Source: Camelus ferus (Eukaryota). From it: 64,000 nt of DNA. Below are positions 50,791 through 63,155 of this stretch, one piece after another; position 1 is the first letter of the stretch, and each line of letters opens with the position of its first letter. The stretch spans positions 56,608,001 to 56,672,000 of the forward strand of contig NC_045696.1 of assembly GCF_009834535.1 (NCBI RefSeq). Direction: 5' to 3'. The notes under the pieces are model-generated. The model was given only the letters and a program-made list of their open reading frames with translations, did no database searches and was not told where the DNA came from. Made by a program: the position numbers and the translations under genes.

Positions 50791-50853
50791 GATAAGAAAA
50801 AGAAGCTTATCCAGGAAGGAAAATTGGATCGAACATTTAACATCTCATATTAA
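50791..50853 (+). CDS. NDUFB4: NDUFB4 coding exon 3 (aa 110-129 plus TAA)
   Basis: Acceptor ttctttgtctctac[22 protein letters not shown]; spliced total 129 aa. Confidence 0.97.
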   Translation, partial: DKKKKLIQEGKLDRTFNISY

Positions 50854-50887
50854 GTCTGGCAATGATGATTATATATACTGTTGTTTA

Positions 50888-50909
50888 AATAAATCTGTTA
50901 ATCATTAAA
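50888..50909 (+). terminator. NDUFB4 polyadenylation signals
   Basis: AATAAA 50888-50893 and ATTAAA 50904-50909, 35-55 nt after the stop codon, followed by T-rich sequence. Confidence 0.75.
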
Positions 50910-51253
50910 TAGTTTATCTTTCTTAATATTACTTTGATTCAACAAACACTTGCTGAACATTGCATAATCCTTGCTTTGTAAGAGTTCACAGTTTAATGAA
51001 GAAACAGATTCATGTTCATCATTCAGTCAATCATTCAATGAATATGTCTGCTGTGAGCCAGGTATTTTGCTATATAGTGAGAATACAGCAGTCAGTAAGA
51101 CACACTCTGACAACTGTTTACTCAACAGTTATTATTTGAATGATTTGAGTGCTTATTACTGGTACCCCTTAAGACCTAAGCTGTTGTTTGACTCCAGTCC
51201 CAGTGGTAAATGCAGCCGAACAGTTACAACCATGTGGTTAAAGAAAAAAGAGC

Positions 51254-51395
51254 GAGGGAGGGTGTAGCTCAGCGGTGGAGTGAATGCTTGACATGCATCA
51301 GTTCTGGGTACAGTCCCCAGTACCTCCATTAAATAAATGAGTAAGTAAATAAACAAATGAAATTACCTCCCCTCCCCCAAATAAAAAAAAAATAA
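51254..51395 (+). mobile_element. tRNA-derived SINE (camelid Vic-1-like)
   Basis: gagggagggtgtagctcagcggtggag...ccccagtacctccattaaataaat...aattacctcccc plus A tail. Confidence 0.85.
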
Positions 51396-51939
51396 AGAGA
51401 TTCAGGAGAGTGATGCGGGCAAGCTGATGAAGCAGTTCTGTGTAGGGAGATGACACTTGATCTAGGCTCTGAAGATCACAGGGGCTGACAGCAAAACAGG
51501 AGCATAAAAGAGCAGAGTGTTGGGTATGGCTAGTATGGGGGCCACTGTGTGGCGAGAAGACAGGGAGAGTGGAAGCCATGCTGAGGAACAGAAGTAAAAT
51601 GGTATAGAGCATGGACTTTGGAGGTCAGATACGGGCTGGAATCCTAGCTTGAGCTTAGCAGTTGGAATACCAGGCCTCTTTCCTCATCTACGGCATGGAG
51701 ATAGTAATGCCTGCTACCTCATTAAGGTCATAAAGATGAAAATGAAGTAACAGAGTATTGCTCAGTAAAAGCTACCCCATGCTTTATAGTTCAGTTTTGC
51801 CACGGCAGCAATTTTATATAGATAAAGACAGTAAAAACAAGTGCTGTAGGGGGAACAGCACGCTCTGTAGGGCTGGCTTACATGAGTACATTGGTTTTCA
51901 CTTTCAAAGTATATCCCAACTATTCTCTCATTTGATCCT

Positions 51940-52445
51940 TGTATGAGCCTAGAGTACCCCCAAAATGCAGAGCCTGAGAGAAAAGCTTGTATGTAGGTAG
52001 TTTAAGAAGGAGTGGGAGACTGGTAAGTGAAACAGGGATGAAGGGAAAGCCTATCAACTGTGCTCTTGGCCTTTTGCCACTGAGGGTAATGGGCTTAATT
52101 CCTATAGGAGCCTTCTGGGGAGCTCTGTGGGATGGACACAGTTTTCCCTCCAGACATGGAAAAAACAAATACCTACTAGCCCTCTCCCTGCTGGTTAAGC
52201 GTTGTCTCATGCAGTTAATTCCCTCGCTCTCCCAGGAGTGGACATGCCTCATACATGCTGACTGGGTTCTTACAGGCATCTTATGGAGGAGGAAGGAAGC
52301 TTAGGGTAGAAAGCGGGTGCTGAGGTGAAGTATTGTCTGGTCACATCTGCAGGCCACTGAGCTGCAGCAGCAACTGGAGTAAAAAGATGGGCCAAGAGAA
52401 AGTGAGGCAGAAGAGGTGTATGATTTCCTCAACCACTCCCTGTAC
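51940..52445 (-). mobile_element. LTR16/LTR33-like ERVL LTR
   Basis: cccccaaaatgcagagcctgagagaaaagcttgtatgtaggtagttt...gagactggtaagtgaaacagggatgaagggaaagcc, reverse complement of this LTR class's 3' end. Confidence 0.6.
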
Positions 52446-52704
52446 TGTTGAGCACATACTGAATCTAATCTGTAATGTGTCATTCAGGGTGGTGGTTGTG
52501 TACAGTCTCACGGTAGGAGGGCTAGTGGAACAAGCTACAGGCCACACAGTTGTGGCTGGTCCAAGGCCCTAACTGATAATCATTTCCCCCCATCATGCTC
52601 TCTAGATTTCCCTTCCCTTGGCCATCACTTTAGCAGATATACATTTCTTGCCTGAGTCACCAGGACTTTAATTTCCAAGGTTAGAACCTCCATTATTCTA
52701 GCAT

Positions 52705-53359
52705 TGTTAGAGCAGGCAGATAGCTAGATATGAGCAGAGAAAGTGGGACACAGACCAAATGGCAGGAATTGGGCAGAAAGGAGGGGCACAGGCCAAATGC
52801 AGGAAACCACACATGTAAGCAGCAGGGATCCTTGGGCAGAGAAAGAAAACCAGGAACCTTGGGGCTGATAAGGGATCATGCTTTTTGGGATGACAAGTGG
52901 CCTGGAGAAGAACAAAGAAAGGTGAGAAAAGGCAGGAATTTCTAGTGTCCGAATGTAACCGTTTGCTCATTATGCCCTCATTTCAATAAAATTTGCCTTG
53001 CAGATCAGAAGTACCCATCTTGCACCGACGCCATGACACTTCCAATCCAGACTAAATAAGGACAAAAATCCCTCCTCCCTTTGTGAACATGGAGTTGGGA
53101 TGATAATCAGGGAATATGACACCCCAAATCCTTCCCTCCCAATGAATATTCCGCCCATTCATTTTTACACCCTATGTAGCTAACTTGCCAAAGAAACTCA
53201 GGGCAGCCGCTCACCTGAGCCTGCCCGCTCTCCCCTGAGAGTGTGCTATCCATTCTTTAATAAATCCTCACTTTACCTTTTTAACCACTACATCTTGTCT
53301 CTGAATTCTTTCTGGGACGGGACAAGAACCTGGAACACCGGTTTCATCTATGGGCAACA
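52705..53359 (+). mobile_element. ERV1 solo LTR (655 bp, MER50-like 5' end) with 4-bp TSD
   Basis: TGTTAG...GCAACA termini, GCAT at 52701-52704 and 53360-53363, AATAAA near 53258. Confidence 0.88.
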
Positions 53360-53628
53360 GCATCAACAGGCTTTTGTCTCAACAACTGCTTGTTTACAGT
53401 TATCACCGGACATGGAAGGACCGAGATGCAACAGTGAATCCCCTGGGTGCCAGGCATATCTCTGCCCCCATTTTGTAGCAGCAATCCTGGCTCCCTGTAA
53501 TCAAGGTCACTTAGTGTTGCCAGTATGGAATTTTTTTTTTCTTTTTGTCTCCTGTTTCCCAGGTACAAGAAGCCCCAAATGGCCAGGAGATAGTTATAGC
53601 TTCAGATTAAAGTGAAATCCTGAGCTAC

Positions 53629-53835
53629 TGTGATTTATAATAGATATTTGGTCTTTGTTTCTGGGACAGAGCTCCTAAAACCCTCCATATTTCCTAGGTG
53701 ATAAATGGATAAGGGTGTCTTTGTTATGTTAACGAGATGACTTTAGGACCACACCTTAGGGTGGGGGCTGGCTGCCTAGAGAACCAACCATGTGATTAGA
53801 GGGTTGGAACTTTCAGTCCCACCCCCCTCACCTTA
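53629..53835. mobile_element. MER21-like LTR fragment
   Basis: acagagctcctaaaaccct...accaaccatgtgattagagggttggaactttcagtcccacccc. Confidence 0.7.
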
Positions 53836-54430
53836 CCTTTGTATCCCTACTCTGCCACTTACTGATGAAATGACCTGGAATATTTTTAAATTCTGTGTTT
53901 CTTTATCTTTAAAATGGATAAGCTAGAATACACTGTTATTAAGCTCATTGTTTAATGAGTTATCACCTATAACATATTTAGAACAGTGGCACACATTAAG
54001 GTTTCAGTGAGTGTTTACTATTACTATCCTTATACCTAATTAATGAAAACGTTTTAATTTGCATTTCATTTATTATTGAGGTGTAATTTTCATCTATTTT
54101 TGTCAATTTAAATTTATTTTGTTATTTGCTTGCTCAAATCCACTGCCCAATTTTTATGATGTAAAGTGTCTTTTTTCTTAATGATTTTAAGGCTTATACA
54201 AGATAAATTAAACATATTAATCCTTGACTTTACCAATTTTCTTTCCTGAAGAGTTATTCTAATATACCTCTGTAACAGGAAAGACTTTTACAGTATACCT
54301 TTTGTGCCTAAACTTTGAAAGAAGGCAGTACCCAGAGAGGCATAGGCAGAATTTTTTAAACACTTTTTTAACATTGACAATTATTGAATAATGTGTTCTT
54401 GAGAGTTTAATCAATTTCAAAAGATTTTTT

Positions 54431-54558
54431 GAGGGGGTAGGAGTATAGCCCAGTGGTGGAGCACACTCTCAGCTCGCACAAGGTCCTGTGTTTAATCCCC
54501 AGTACTTTCGTTAAGGGGAGGGGGGGAGAAACTTGAAATATAAGAAATAATTTTTTTT
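54431..54558 (+). mobile_element. tRNA-derived SINE (Vic-1-like, diverged)
   Basis: gtatagcccagtggtggagc...aggtcctgtgtttaatccccagtac; aagatttttt on both flanks. Confidence 0.75.
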
Positions 54559-57451
54559 AAGATTTTTTTTTTTTTAATAATCAGGAACAGTGCCCCAAAT
54601 CACACTTAGGAGTGGTCTGATGAGAACACAAACTGTCATCTCATCTGAGCACTCTGTGCTGCCATGTGTCTGACTGATGCTGCTAGCCCTGGGCACAGAG
54701 TACAGATGCCCACATTGGTATGCTGCCTCTGTTGACCCAAGAACTCAAGTCTGTTACAACTACAGCCACTGGAAAGAGTTCCTTAAGGCCCCTGTGTCTT
54801 CCAATCACTTGATCCCAAGTCCAGAGCATATGATTAGCTGAGTCCCGGTTATGTGCCTAAATTCTAGCTGCAAGGGAGACTGCAAAAGCAAGCATGTGGC
54901 ACATTCAGCTCTAAAGCAGGGAAGGAATTCCCAAACATAAGACAGTGGTTCAAATGTGAGCACCCCAAAAATGACAGGTGTGTACTGAGGAAGGTAACCA
55001 GGAACCAGATCATAAGGCCCTGATCACAAGTAAGAAGTTTAGACTGCAACCTGATAGCAGTGGGAGCCACTGAAGATGTTATGCAGGAGTAACCTGATTG
55101 AATTTTCATTCCTGGAAGATCATTCTGGATCCTGGAAGAAGATCTTAAGGTAAGAGAGACTGGAGGATGACCAGTAATCAGGCTGTTGTAAGACTTCAGG
55201 CCAGAATTATTTTTAATTTTTGAGCCAGCTCTTGATGCAGAACAAGGCAGCCCCTGCCAATCCAAGGATGGCTTATTTAGATGGGAACTTGTGGAAAGCT
55301 TTATGAATGTCTAAATGTATTATCTCTATTAGTTCCCCTTAATGCACATGCATGAGACGCCAGTCTTCTTAATAATTCCTTATCCTTGTACAACATCCCT
55401 TCCCTTCTCTGGAACAATATTGCTTCTCTAACAGGCTGGTTTGTTTAAGTACTATGTCTTTTTACCCTTTATTATGGAGCCTGCCTGGAGAAAAAAAATT
55501 ACATTCATGCTCTGATCAAAAAATCCCACTGGGTTTAGCCCCTGACTTATTTTCTGTTTTATTCTTTCTCATTCCTGGTGGCACCTGACAGAGTCTTCTC
55601 ATAACTTTGGGGGAGATACAGAGTATTGATTATTTCTACATTCTTCAGGATCATTAATGGGGTATTTGAAGAGATTAGAGACCCAAACAAGAAACTTTCT
55701 TGATCAAATATGTATGATTTTAAAATATGAACAGCACTTTAAAATTAGTAAAATATATAATGCTATATATAAGTACATTCAAAGATTTTAAATTTTCAAA
55801 GCTTCTACTACCACTTTCTACCTTTCTATGAACAAATGGAATTTTATCATGTTTCTATTATAGGACCCTATAACTATGATTGTAATACTTCCAATAGTTT
55901 CCTCTCTGGCTGCCTTGTTTGCTGACATTTCTCTAGCTGAGCTAGAGATTCCTTCTGCTGATGCCCACTGTGGCCTGGAGAGACACTGATCACTGTCATC
56001 TACCTAGAGACTCTTCATCACTCCAAGAAGGAACAGTGAGCATCGATTTCATAGCCAAGCTTCAGGATTTATAGGATTAAAGTCAAACTGAAAGTCTGAC
56101 ATCTGCCCTCTGAATGTCCCTGGAGATTGATGGCTAATAAAAAAAAAAAAAAATCTGAGATTTTTGGAGCAAACCTGAACTAGAGTTCAAGGTCATTTCC
56201 CTCATAATCACAAGGAGTATCACTTTATCAGCTTAAAGTTAATTCTTTGCTTAACACCAGTTACATTTAAATCATTCATCCCTTATTTAATAATTAGGCT
56301 CTGGAAAAATCTTGAGAGTAGGGGAAAGCAGCAACTGGCTGAGGACGCTCCAAAAATCAATATAGGAGGGACTTGGGGGCTGCAATCTGATATAAAATTG
56401 TCGTAAGTAGGAGGAGAAGGTGGGAGGGGACTTCTCTTCAAACTACACGTATACAGTTAAGCACTTTGTTTTCTACTTACATTGTATATTTCACATCAAT
56501 TAAAAACAAAATTTTCTAAAGAGGGTTTTATCCCTGCTGTATATGAGATGGAGAAAGCATCAAAGAGCATTATTATTATTTTATATAGAGTAGCATGAGT
56601 GAAGGTAGATGGAGAGGGAGGGTTTCAGTAACCCCAACATCATCTAACAGAAGCTAGATGGGCAGCTTCTCCTCCAAAATCATGTTCTGCAGGGGGAGTG
56701 GCACAGAAGAAATTTGGTCCCATCAGGGAGTTTGGGAAGAGACATCACTGCAGACCACAAGGAGAATGAGCTACTGTTGGTTTGTTTGGGGTTGGTTGGT
56801 TTCCTAGAGCCACTGGGACAGAGGAGCCTGTGTCCTGTTGAATTCTAACAGGACACTGGCCATCAGTTCTCTGCATTGATCAAATGCTTACTGAGCCCCG
56901 GTCATTTACTAAGCACTGAGGATACCAATATGGAGATAAAGCTTCTTCTTGGAGGAACTCACAAGAGAGAAAAACAATTACAGCAGCCAACATTTATTAA
57001 GCTTTTGCTTGTTCCAGGCACTAAGCTAAAATAAATGCTTTCCATACCTCCCAACATACCTTAAAAATCACCATTACGCAGATGAGATTTCAAGAGGTTA
57101 AATCATTTCGCTCGAGTCCTCCAGCTAATAGGGCTGGGATAGAACTTAAATTTGGGCAGCCTGACTCCAGAGGGCATATCTTTAACTATTGTTTGAAAGG
57201 GATAAAAACTGATGCTGTGAGGAGCCCAATACTGAAAAAGGACACCTAATCTGGCCTGGAGTTGTTTGAAAGACAGCGCTTTCAAGAACAGGAACCCCCA
57301 TGTGCACTTTTAGGTTTTGTAGCACATTCACAAGTATATAGAATGTTAGAGTTGGACGGATCTTTAAAGATCTTCTAGTCTCACAGCCTAACTCTATGGG
57401 AAAAGTGTTGATAGGAGAAACCTGGCCAATTCTTCAAGAAACTCTGCTAAA

Positions 57452-58010
57452 GAACTCTCATTCATCCCTGGTGGGAATGCAGAATGGTAGAGTCACTCTG
57501 GAAGACAGTTTGGCAGCTTCCTACAAAACTGAACACACTTTTACATTATGACACAGCATCCATTCTCCTTGGCAGTCACCAAAAGGAGGTGAAAACTTAG
57601 GTCCACACAGAAACCTGGATTTGGATGTTTCTAGCAGCTTAATTCAGAATGGCCAGAACCTGGAAGCAACCAAGGGAAGGCTGAGTAGGCAGAGCACGAA
57701 GGATTTTTAGGGCAGTGAAACTACCCCGTGGGACACTACAATGGTGGATACAGGTCATTATACATTTGTCCAAGCCCACAGAAGGTACTGTGCCAAGAGT
57801 AAACACGAATGTGAACTATGGGCTTTTGGTGATAACGGTGTGTCTACGTAGTCTCATCAGCTGTAACAAGTCTACCACCCGGGGGGATGTTGATAACGGG
57901 GAAGGATGCATGACTGAAGGCAGGGAGTATTTGGGAAATCTCCGTACCTTCCCCTCAGTTTTGCCGCGAACCTAAAACTGCTCTAAGAAAATAAAGTCTA
58001 TTAAAAAAAA
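57452..58010 (+). mobile_element. L1MC-like 3' end with an internal deletion
   Basis: gaactctcattcatccctggtgggaatgc...ggaagacagtttggcag...cctaaaactgctctaagaaaataaagtctattaaaaaaaa. Confidence 0.85.
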
Positions 58011-58241
58011 TAACAACTCTGCTAATTTGAAGATCAAGATTCTAGGTTTTGATTAAGAACTAAAAAAACTTAAACTCACGAGCTCAAAAATTAAACAAGA
58101 AGTCCAAGTGGATGAGGATAAAGGCTTGAACAGATTGTCCATGTAACCTGTTTGTGAATAGAAATGAGACCGCTGGGACAATTGAGACAATTGCCAGCCA
58201 CCTCCTTACCTTATACAAACAGAAGACTTGAAAAGCCATTT

Positions 58242-58741
58242 TGTCATAGGCAAAGCTCACTGGGGTCCTGGGGAAAAGTAAGACGGAATCTAGGTGATAA
58301 AGTCTAACCTCTTCCACGCTCAGTCTAGTTTCACCTGCCCACATGGAGCCGAGTGCAGAGGTCTGGCACCTAACGTGTGGTATCAGAGCTCCTAGCGCAG
58401 AACCGCCGACTGGGCACCTCAGTTCAAGATGGCGGTGACGTGCTGCGTGAGGAGACGCTGTGGCCGCGCTTCAGTCTAAAGCGTCGGGAGCAGTGCGGCT
58501 GCGCATGACCCGCAAGCCCTCCGCCCCGCCCCCCTCAGAGAACCCTGTAAAGCAGCCCGCGGGCTGGCTGTCTTGGGAGACCATGTGCTCTAGAGCCTAA
58601 GCTCCCACCTCTCCAGTCATTGATCAAAGAATAAAGCTTTCTTTTGCTTCTGAGGCAGACTTGGTATTGTTCTACTGGCTCAAAAGATAGACATGGAGCA
58701 GAAGGACGCTTGCTGGGGCCAACCCGGGAAGGTTGGTAACA
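58242..58741 (+). mobile_element. ERV1 solo LTR (500 bp, CpG-rich), same family as the LTR at 2940-3473, 4-bp TSD
   Basis: TGTCAT...GGTAACA termini; ATTT at 58238-58241 and 58742-58745; shared blocks aagtctaacct, gctcagtctagtt, cagttcaagatggcgg, tgatcaa.gaataaagcttt..tttgcttctga, gcagaaggac. Confidence 0.9.
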
Positions 58742-58939
58742 ATTTTAATAAGGATGTATTTGGCGAAAAATCAGGCAGATGTTTGGAGCATTTTCTGTGT
58801 AAAGCAAGTATTAGTAGATTTGTCTCTTCTCGGGGCTGTGAGAGTGAAGATACTTGATTCAAAGCCAATACCTCTCATATTATTCTTGCCGAATTCCCGC
58901 AGAAAGGTATTCATGGCGGGAACTAGCGGGAACCACCAG

Positions 58940-59420
58940 CACTCACTCTCCTCTCTTTTCTTCTGATAGAACCCCGATTTGTTCAGGAGGCTGGTGGAAT
59001 TCCCTTTATCTCAGGGAGGAGGGACATGACCCCAGCCCCAGGGAATGAATCTGAGATTGGTCTAAGGGTGGACATGTGACCCAGTTCTGTGTATGAGACA
59101 AAAGGAAAATGTATTGGGGAGAACTTCCTTGCCTGAATAAGACATTTCCCAGGGAGGAATCCTTCTGTCCCCTCACCCTTTTGCTTTCCTCCCTTTGTGT
59201 CTGTCCTAGCACATGGAAGTGAGGCCTAGAAATGAGATAAAGAAAAGACAATATACTGAGAATAGCAGAGCAGAAAACCAGAAAGAACTTGGTTTCAGGA
59301 TCACTTCATGTTATCATTGTCGTCATCCTGACCTGCAGCCTCAGACTTCTTTTATGAGTTGAAGTCCTCGTTGTTAAGCTAACAGTAGCTTTTCAGTTAT
59401 GATTGAATGCACTCTCAATT
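58940..59420 (+). mobile_element. MLT1-like (ERVL-MaLR) LTR
   Basis: agaaccccgatttgttcagg...cccagccccagggaatgaatc..gattggtctaag..ggacatgtgacccagttctg. Confidence 0.7.
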
Positions 59421-60124
59421 GATACCATATCCTTTTATTAAGAGAAGTAGTATCATAACATATACCTGTCCTTCAGATTTTAATTTTTTTAAAGGATCCA
59501 AAATAAGGGCAGTAAATGCTCATGAATGAGCAAAACTGCCTCATTTGTTAAATTTCTTTTCCAGGGACTGTATAGAGTTGCATGCACTTAGTTGTTTTTT
59601 TGTTTGTTTGTTTTTTTTTTTTTTACGAGGTATCACTGTTAATAGTGCTGTAGTGAGTTGTGTCCAAACTTCTGATATAATTTTAGATTTAAAAGACCTA
59701 GAGTAGGCTAATTAGAGTCCAAAGGCCCATGTGATTAGGCAAGATTCCATCAGGAAAATCTCTGTAGTTAGTCATATGCGAACTACTTACATCAAAACCA
59801 CTTTAGATTCTGTCTTAATTTTCACTTTAATTGAGCTATTAATATGTACTGTTGAGATCTTAAATTGAACTTCAGTATGGTTTTCTTGTTTTAAGAGCTA
59901 AAAGATGATGAAAAGAAGGCAGTATGTACTTCTAAATTTTCCACACTTTGGGCTTCTGTTATTTATTGCTTTAGAAAGATACATGCCTTCCTCCCCATCT
60001 AAAGCCTAGTTTATTTAGGGACAAGGACCTTGGCTTACTCATTCCAGTGTATCCTATGGTAGGTAACACAATAGCCTCTCTGAGGCAGGAACTAATACTT
60101 ATTCACTGAGTCACAACAGCAATA

Positions 60125-60510
60125 ATAAACAATAACAATAATAATAACTGAATTTGCCTATGCTCACTATGTGCTGAAAGCAGTGCTCTCAATGTGTCGT
60201 CTCATTTAGCCCCCCACCAAATCCTTGTGAAATAAATCATTTATTTTCTTCTTTCAAATGAGGAAAATGCAGCTCAGAGAGATTAAGTCACTTGTTCAAA
60301 CTCATTCAGCTATGAAAGCACAGTCTGGATTCTGGAGTCTGGGTTCCTTATGAAGTAGGTACTATTATTAGCCACATTTTACAGCTGAGGAAACAGAGGC
60401 TCAGAGAGGTTAAGTAACTTGCTCAGGGTCACACAGCTAATAAGTGATAGAGCCTGGATTTGAAACCAAGCAATCTGGCTTCAGCGTCTGTCCTCTTAAT
60501 TATGTACTAC
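60125..60510 (-). mobile_element. Two adjacent MIR fragments
   Basis: caaatgaggaaaatgcagctcagagagattaagtcacttg and cagctgaggaaacagaggctcagagaggttaagtaacttgctcagggtcacacagct. Confidence 0.8.
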
Positions 60511-61113
60511 ATTGACTCAAAAAGGATACATTTTGGACATACCTCAGATTTGTCATGCAATTATATAAACCTGATTATATCAAATTGAAAGCTGATTACT
60601 AAGTATAACAAAGAAATTTAAATGTCAGCTCTCAAGCCTCTTATTTTTTTCCTTTTTAACAGTAAAATATCTTTCCAGAGGACCTTCCAGAACTTCCTTC
60701 AAACCCAAGAGTGATCACTCTTTCATCACTCTGGAAAACTACAACACATAAAATGCATATTAACTTTTATAAATAATTTACATCTAGGCCTTAGGTTTCA
60801 TACCTTCTCTTTCCTCCCCACACTCTCCCTGTGCCCCAGCTGAGCACCAAATCTTGTGCTTTTTGGAGGGAGGCAGTGGCCCTCCCCACCACTGCCTTGT
60901 AGCCTGCTTTTCCTCCTGGGTAATCCCTCACTACACCCCCAACCCCATCCCATATCCTTCCATGTTGAGAGATCCCTGCTACACCCCCCCCCCGCCCCCG
61001 CCTTTCTATAGACCCTAGGAAGCCCAGAGTTTGGACCAGGATTTGGGGTTGGAAACAGAATGTTTTGCATACTAATTTTCTTTAAATCTTTAGATTTAGG
61101 TAGTTTCTTTAAA

Positions 61114-61301
61114 ACTGTGGTCCTCAGCCTTACCTGTGCATTATTAGAATTACCTGAAGAGTTAAAAAAAAAAAAAAAACCCTCTCATTTGGGTTCTATG
61201 TACAGTAGTCCTAATTTAGTTGATCTGAAATGCACCCTGGGCACTTGGAGTTTTAGAAAGTGCCAGGAGATCCAATGTACAGCTGAAGCTGAAAACCACT
61301 G
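61114..61301. mobile_element. MER5-like hAT MITE
   Basis: Inverted termini ctgtggtcctca...tgaaaaccactg; internal ttagaattacctg. Confidence 0.7.
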
Positions 61302-61310
61302 GGTCGAGAG

Positions 61311-61516
61311 CAGGGTCTCTCAGCCTCAGCACTATTGACATTCAGTTCTGGATAATTCTTTGTCCTGTGCTTTGTAGAAATGTTTGCCAGCATCCGTAAC
61401 CTTTACCTACTAGATGCCAGTAGTACCCTCCCTAGTTGTGACAACCAAAAATGCCTCTAGACTTTGTCAGATGTCTTGGGCAAAGGGAATAAAATCACCT
61501 CTATTGAAAACAATTG
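61311..61516. mobile_element. MER20 hAT-Charlie element with 8-bp TSD
   Basis: cagggtctctcagcctcagcactattgacatt...ctagatgccagtag...gttgtgacaaccaaaaatg; TSD gtcgagag / gtctagag. Confidence 0.85.
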
Positions 61517-62094
61517 GTCTAGAGCCATTGCCGGTAGCCCCGTCTGTGAAAGAAGTCTCTCAAAAAGTAAAGAGAAGAGTGGCTTCTATTTCATTCTCTC
61601 TAACGTGAAACTATATAAAGATGAAGAGATCTGGCAGAAAACCCTCCTGTCATTGGAGGAAACCTAATCAGGTTGCCTTTAAAAAATATTTCTTTTATTT
61701 CTAAGAAAAGAGATTGTTTATTTCTTGAGGAGTGTGGCACAGGAGGGTATCTTCAGGAATAGGGAATTAAGGAAATGTTACAGATCTTTCTAGCTGATCT
61801 GAAGCACAACAGAAGGAAACTAAATCTTTTTTTAATTAGCGTGAATAGCCTGGCCTGGTGAAATATTGTCTCCTGCCGGCAAGTTGCTGCCAGCAGTGGG
61901 GAGATAAAGTACATGGACTTGGATGCTAAATGGATGTAAACCCAGAATGTTTCCTTAGCCCTAGGAAGGCTTTGCCACCAAGCTGATGATAGAGTGAACC
62001 AAAGTGGATGAGAGTCCAGGTTTGTGTAAAAGAGGTGGGTTAGAATGAGCTCATTAAGGAAGCGCTGGAGTTTGGGAATAAAGTATTTAGTAGT

Positions 62095-62480
62095 TGCCTT
62101 AGTTTGGGGCTATTTGGGAGAAGAGCCTAGGATGCACCATAGGGGAGTGGAGAGGTGAGAAGGAAGAAGCTACTACTGGATGCATCATCAGAAGTTGCCA
62201 CCATGGGCAGTGGAGCTTACTCCCTCTGGAAGTTGCAGGGAACCTGGGCCAAACATGAGCCTCAGAGGTTTGGGGCAAAAGAGCTGGTGTATTTATCCAC
62301 TAATTTCCATTTGTCATTGGCTGAGGGCTATGTCCAGGGCCATTCAATCTTCAGCAGTTTTGTTCTGATCTGGGCCTCAGGCATTGTTGCCAGTGTGATG
62401 CTGGCATTTGGAAGCGGCTGGTCAACTCTGGATGGTGACTGCTGATGTGATGTAGGTGAGCCACTGGCAACTTCTGCTAT
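62095..62480 (-). mobile_element. LTR16/LTR33-like ERVL LTR
   Basis: gagctggtgtatttatccactaatttcc..gtcattggctgagggct is the reverse complement of the block seen at about 36935-36960. Confidence 0.6.
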
Positions 62481-63155
62481 AGTGGTCAATTTTAAAATTT
62501 ATTTAAAGGTATTAACTACTTTACTAGTTAACTGTGTTTAATTTTCAATAAAGACTTCTTTATGTTAGGGAGCATTGGGAAGGCACACCAGCCTCTGTCA
62601 CCCTCAAAGATAACTTCACTTTATTGCTTGGGACCATGAAATGCCACTGCCAGAAACCCAGCAGCTGTCCCAGGCTTGCCCTCAACTCTGGTTTCCTGCA
62701 CCCCTTACATCCAGTCCACTAACAAATTCTTTCAGGTCTACTCCAAAGCTTTCAGGGATTTGTCCACTCTGTCCCTGCTATCACCTCATTAGTCCAGGAC
62801 TATTGCAATGGCCTGCTGCTGGGTTCCTCATATCCACTCCTCTTTCAGTTCCTTAAACCCTCAAGCCTTTTTCTTAGAATGTTCCTTTTCCCTACCCCAC
62901 CCCGGCTTCCAATGACTGGCTCCTTCCTGTGCTTTAGGTCTGGCTAAATGTCACTTGGAAGGTCATTGAAGACCTTCCTCTCTAAAGAACAATCTCTCCA
63001 TCCCACCTGTCATTCCAATCTCAGTTCCTATTTGTTTTTTGCATATTTTACAATTTGTAATAATTTTGTTTGTGTATTTTATCTGTCTCCCTGTTTAGAA
63101 TGTAAGTTCTGTAAGAACAAGGACCATGTCTATCTCCTTGACCACCATATGCCCA

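Noticed and set aside
2940..58741. The two related LTRs as ends of one element or as an NAHR pair flanking NDUFB4
   Set aside because: The 58242 copy has its own TSD (independent solo LTR), and the copies share only short exact blocks, too diverged for efficient recombination.
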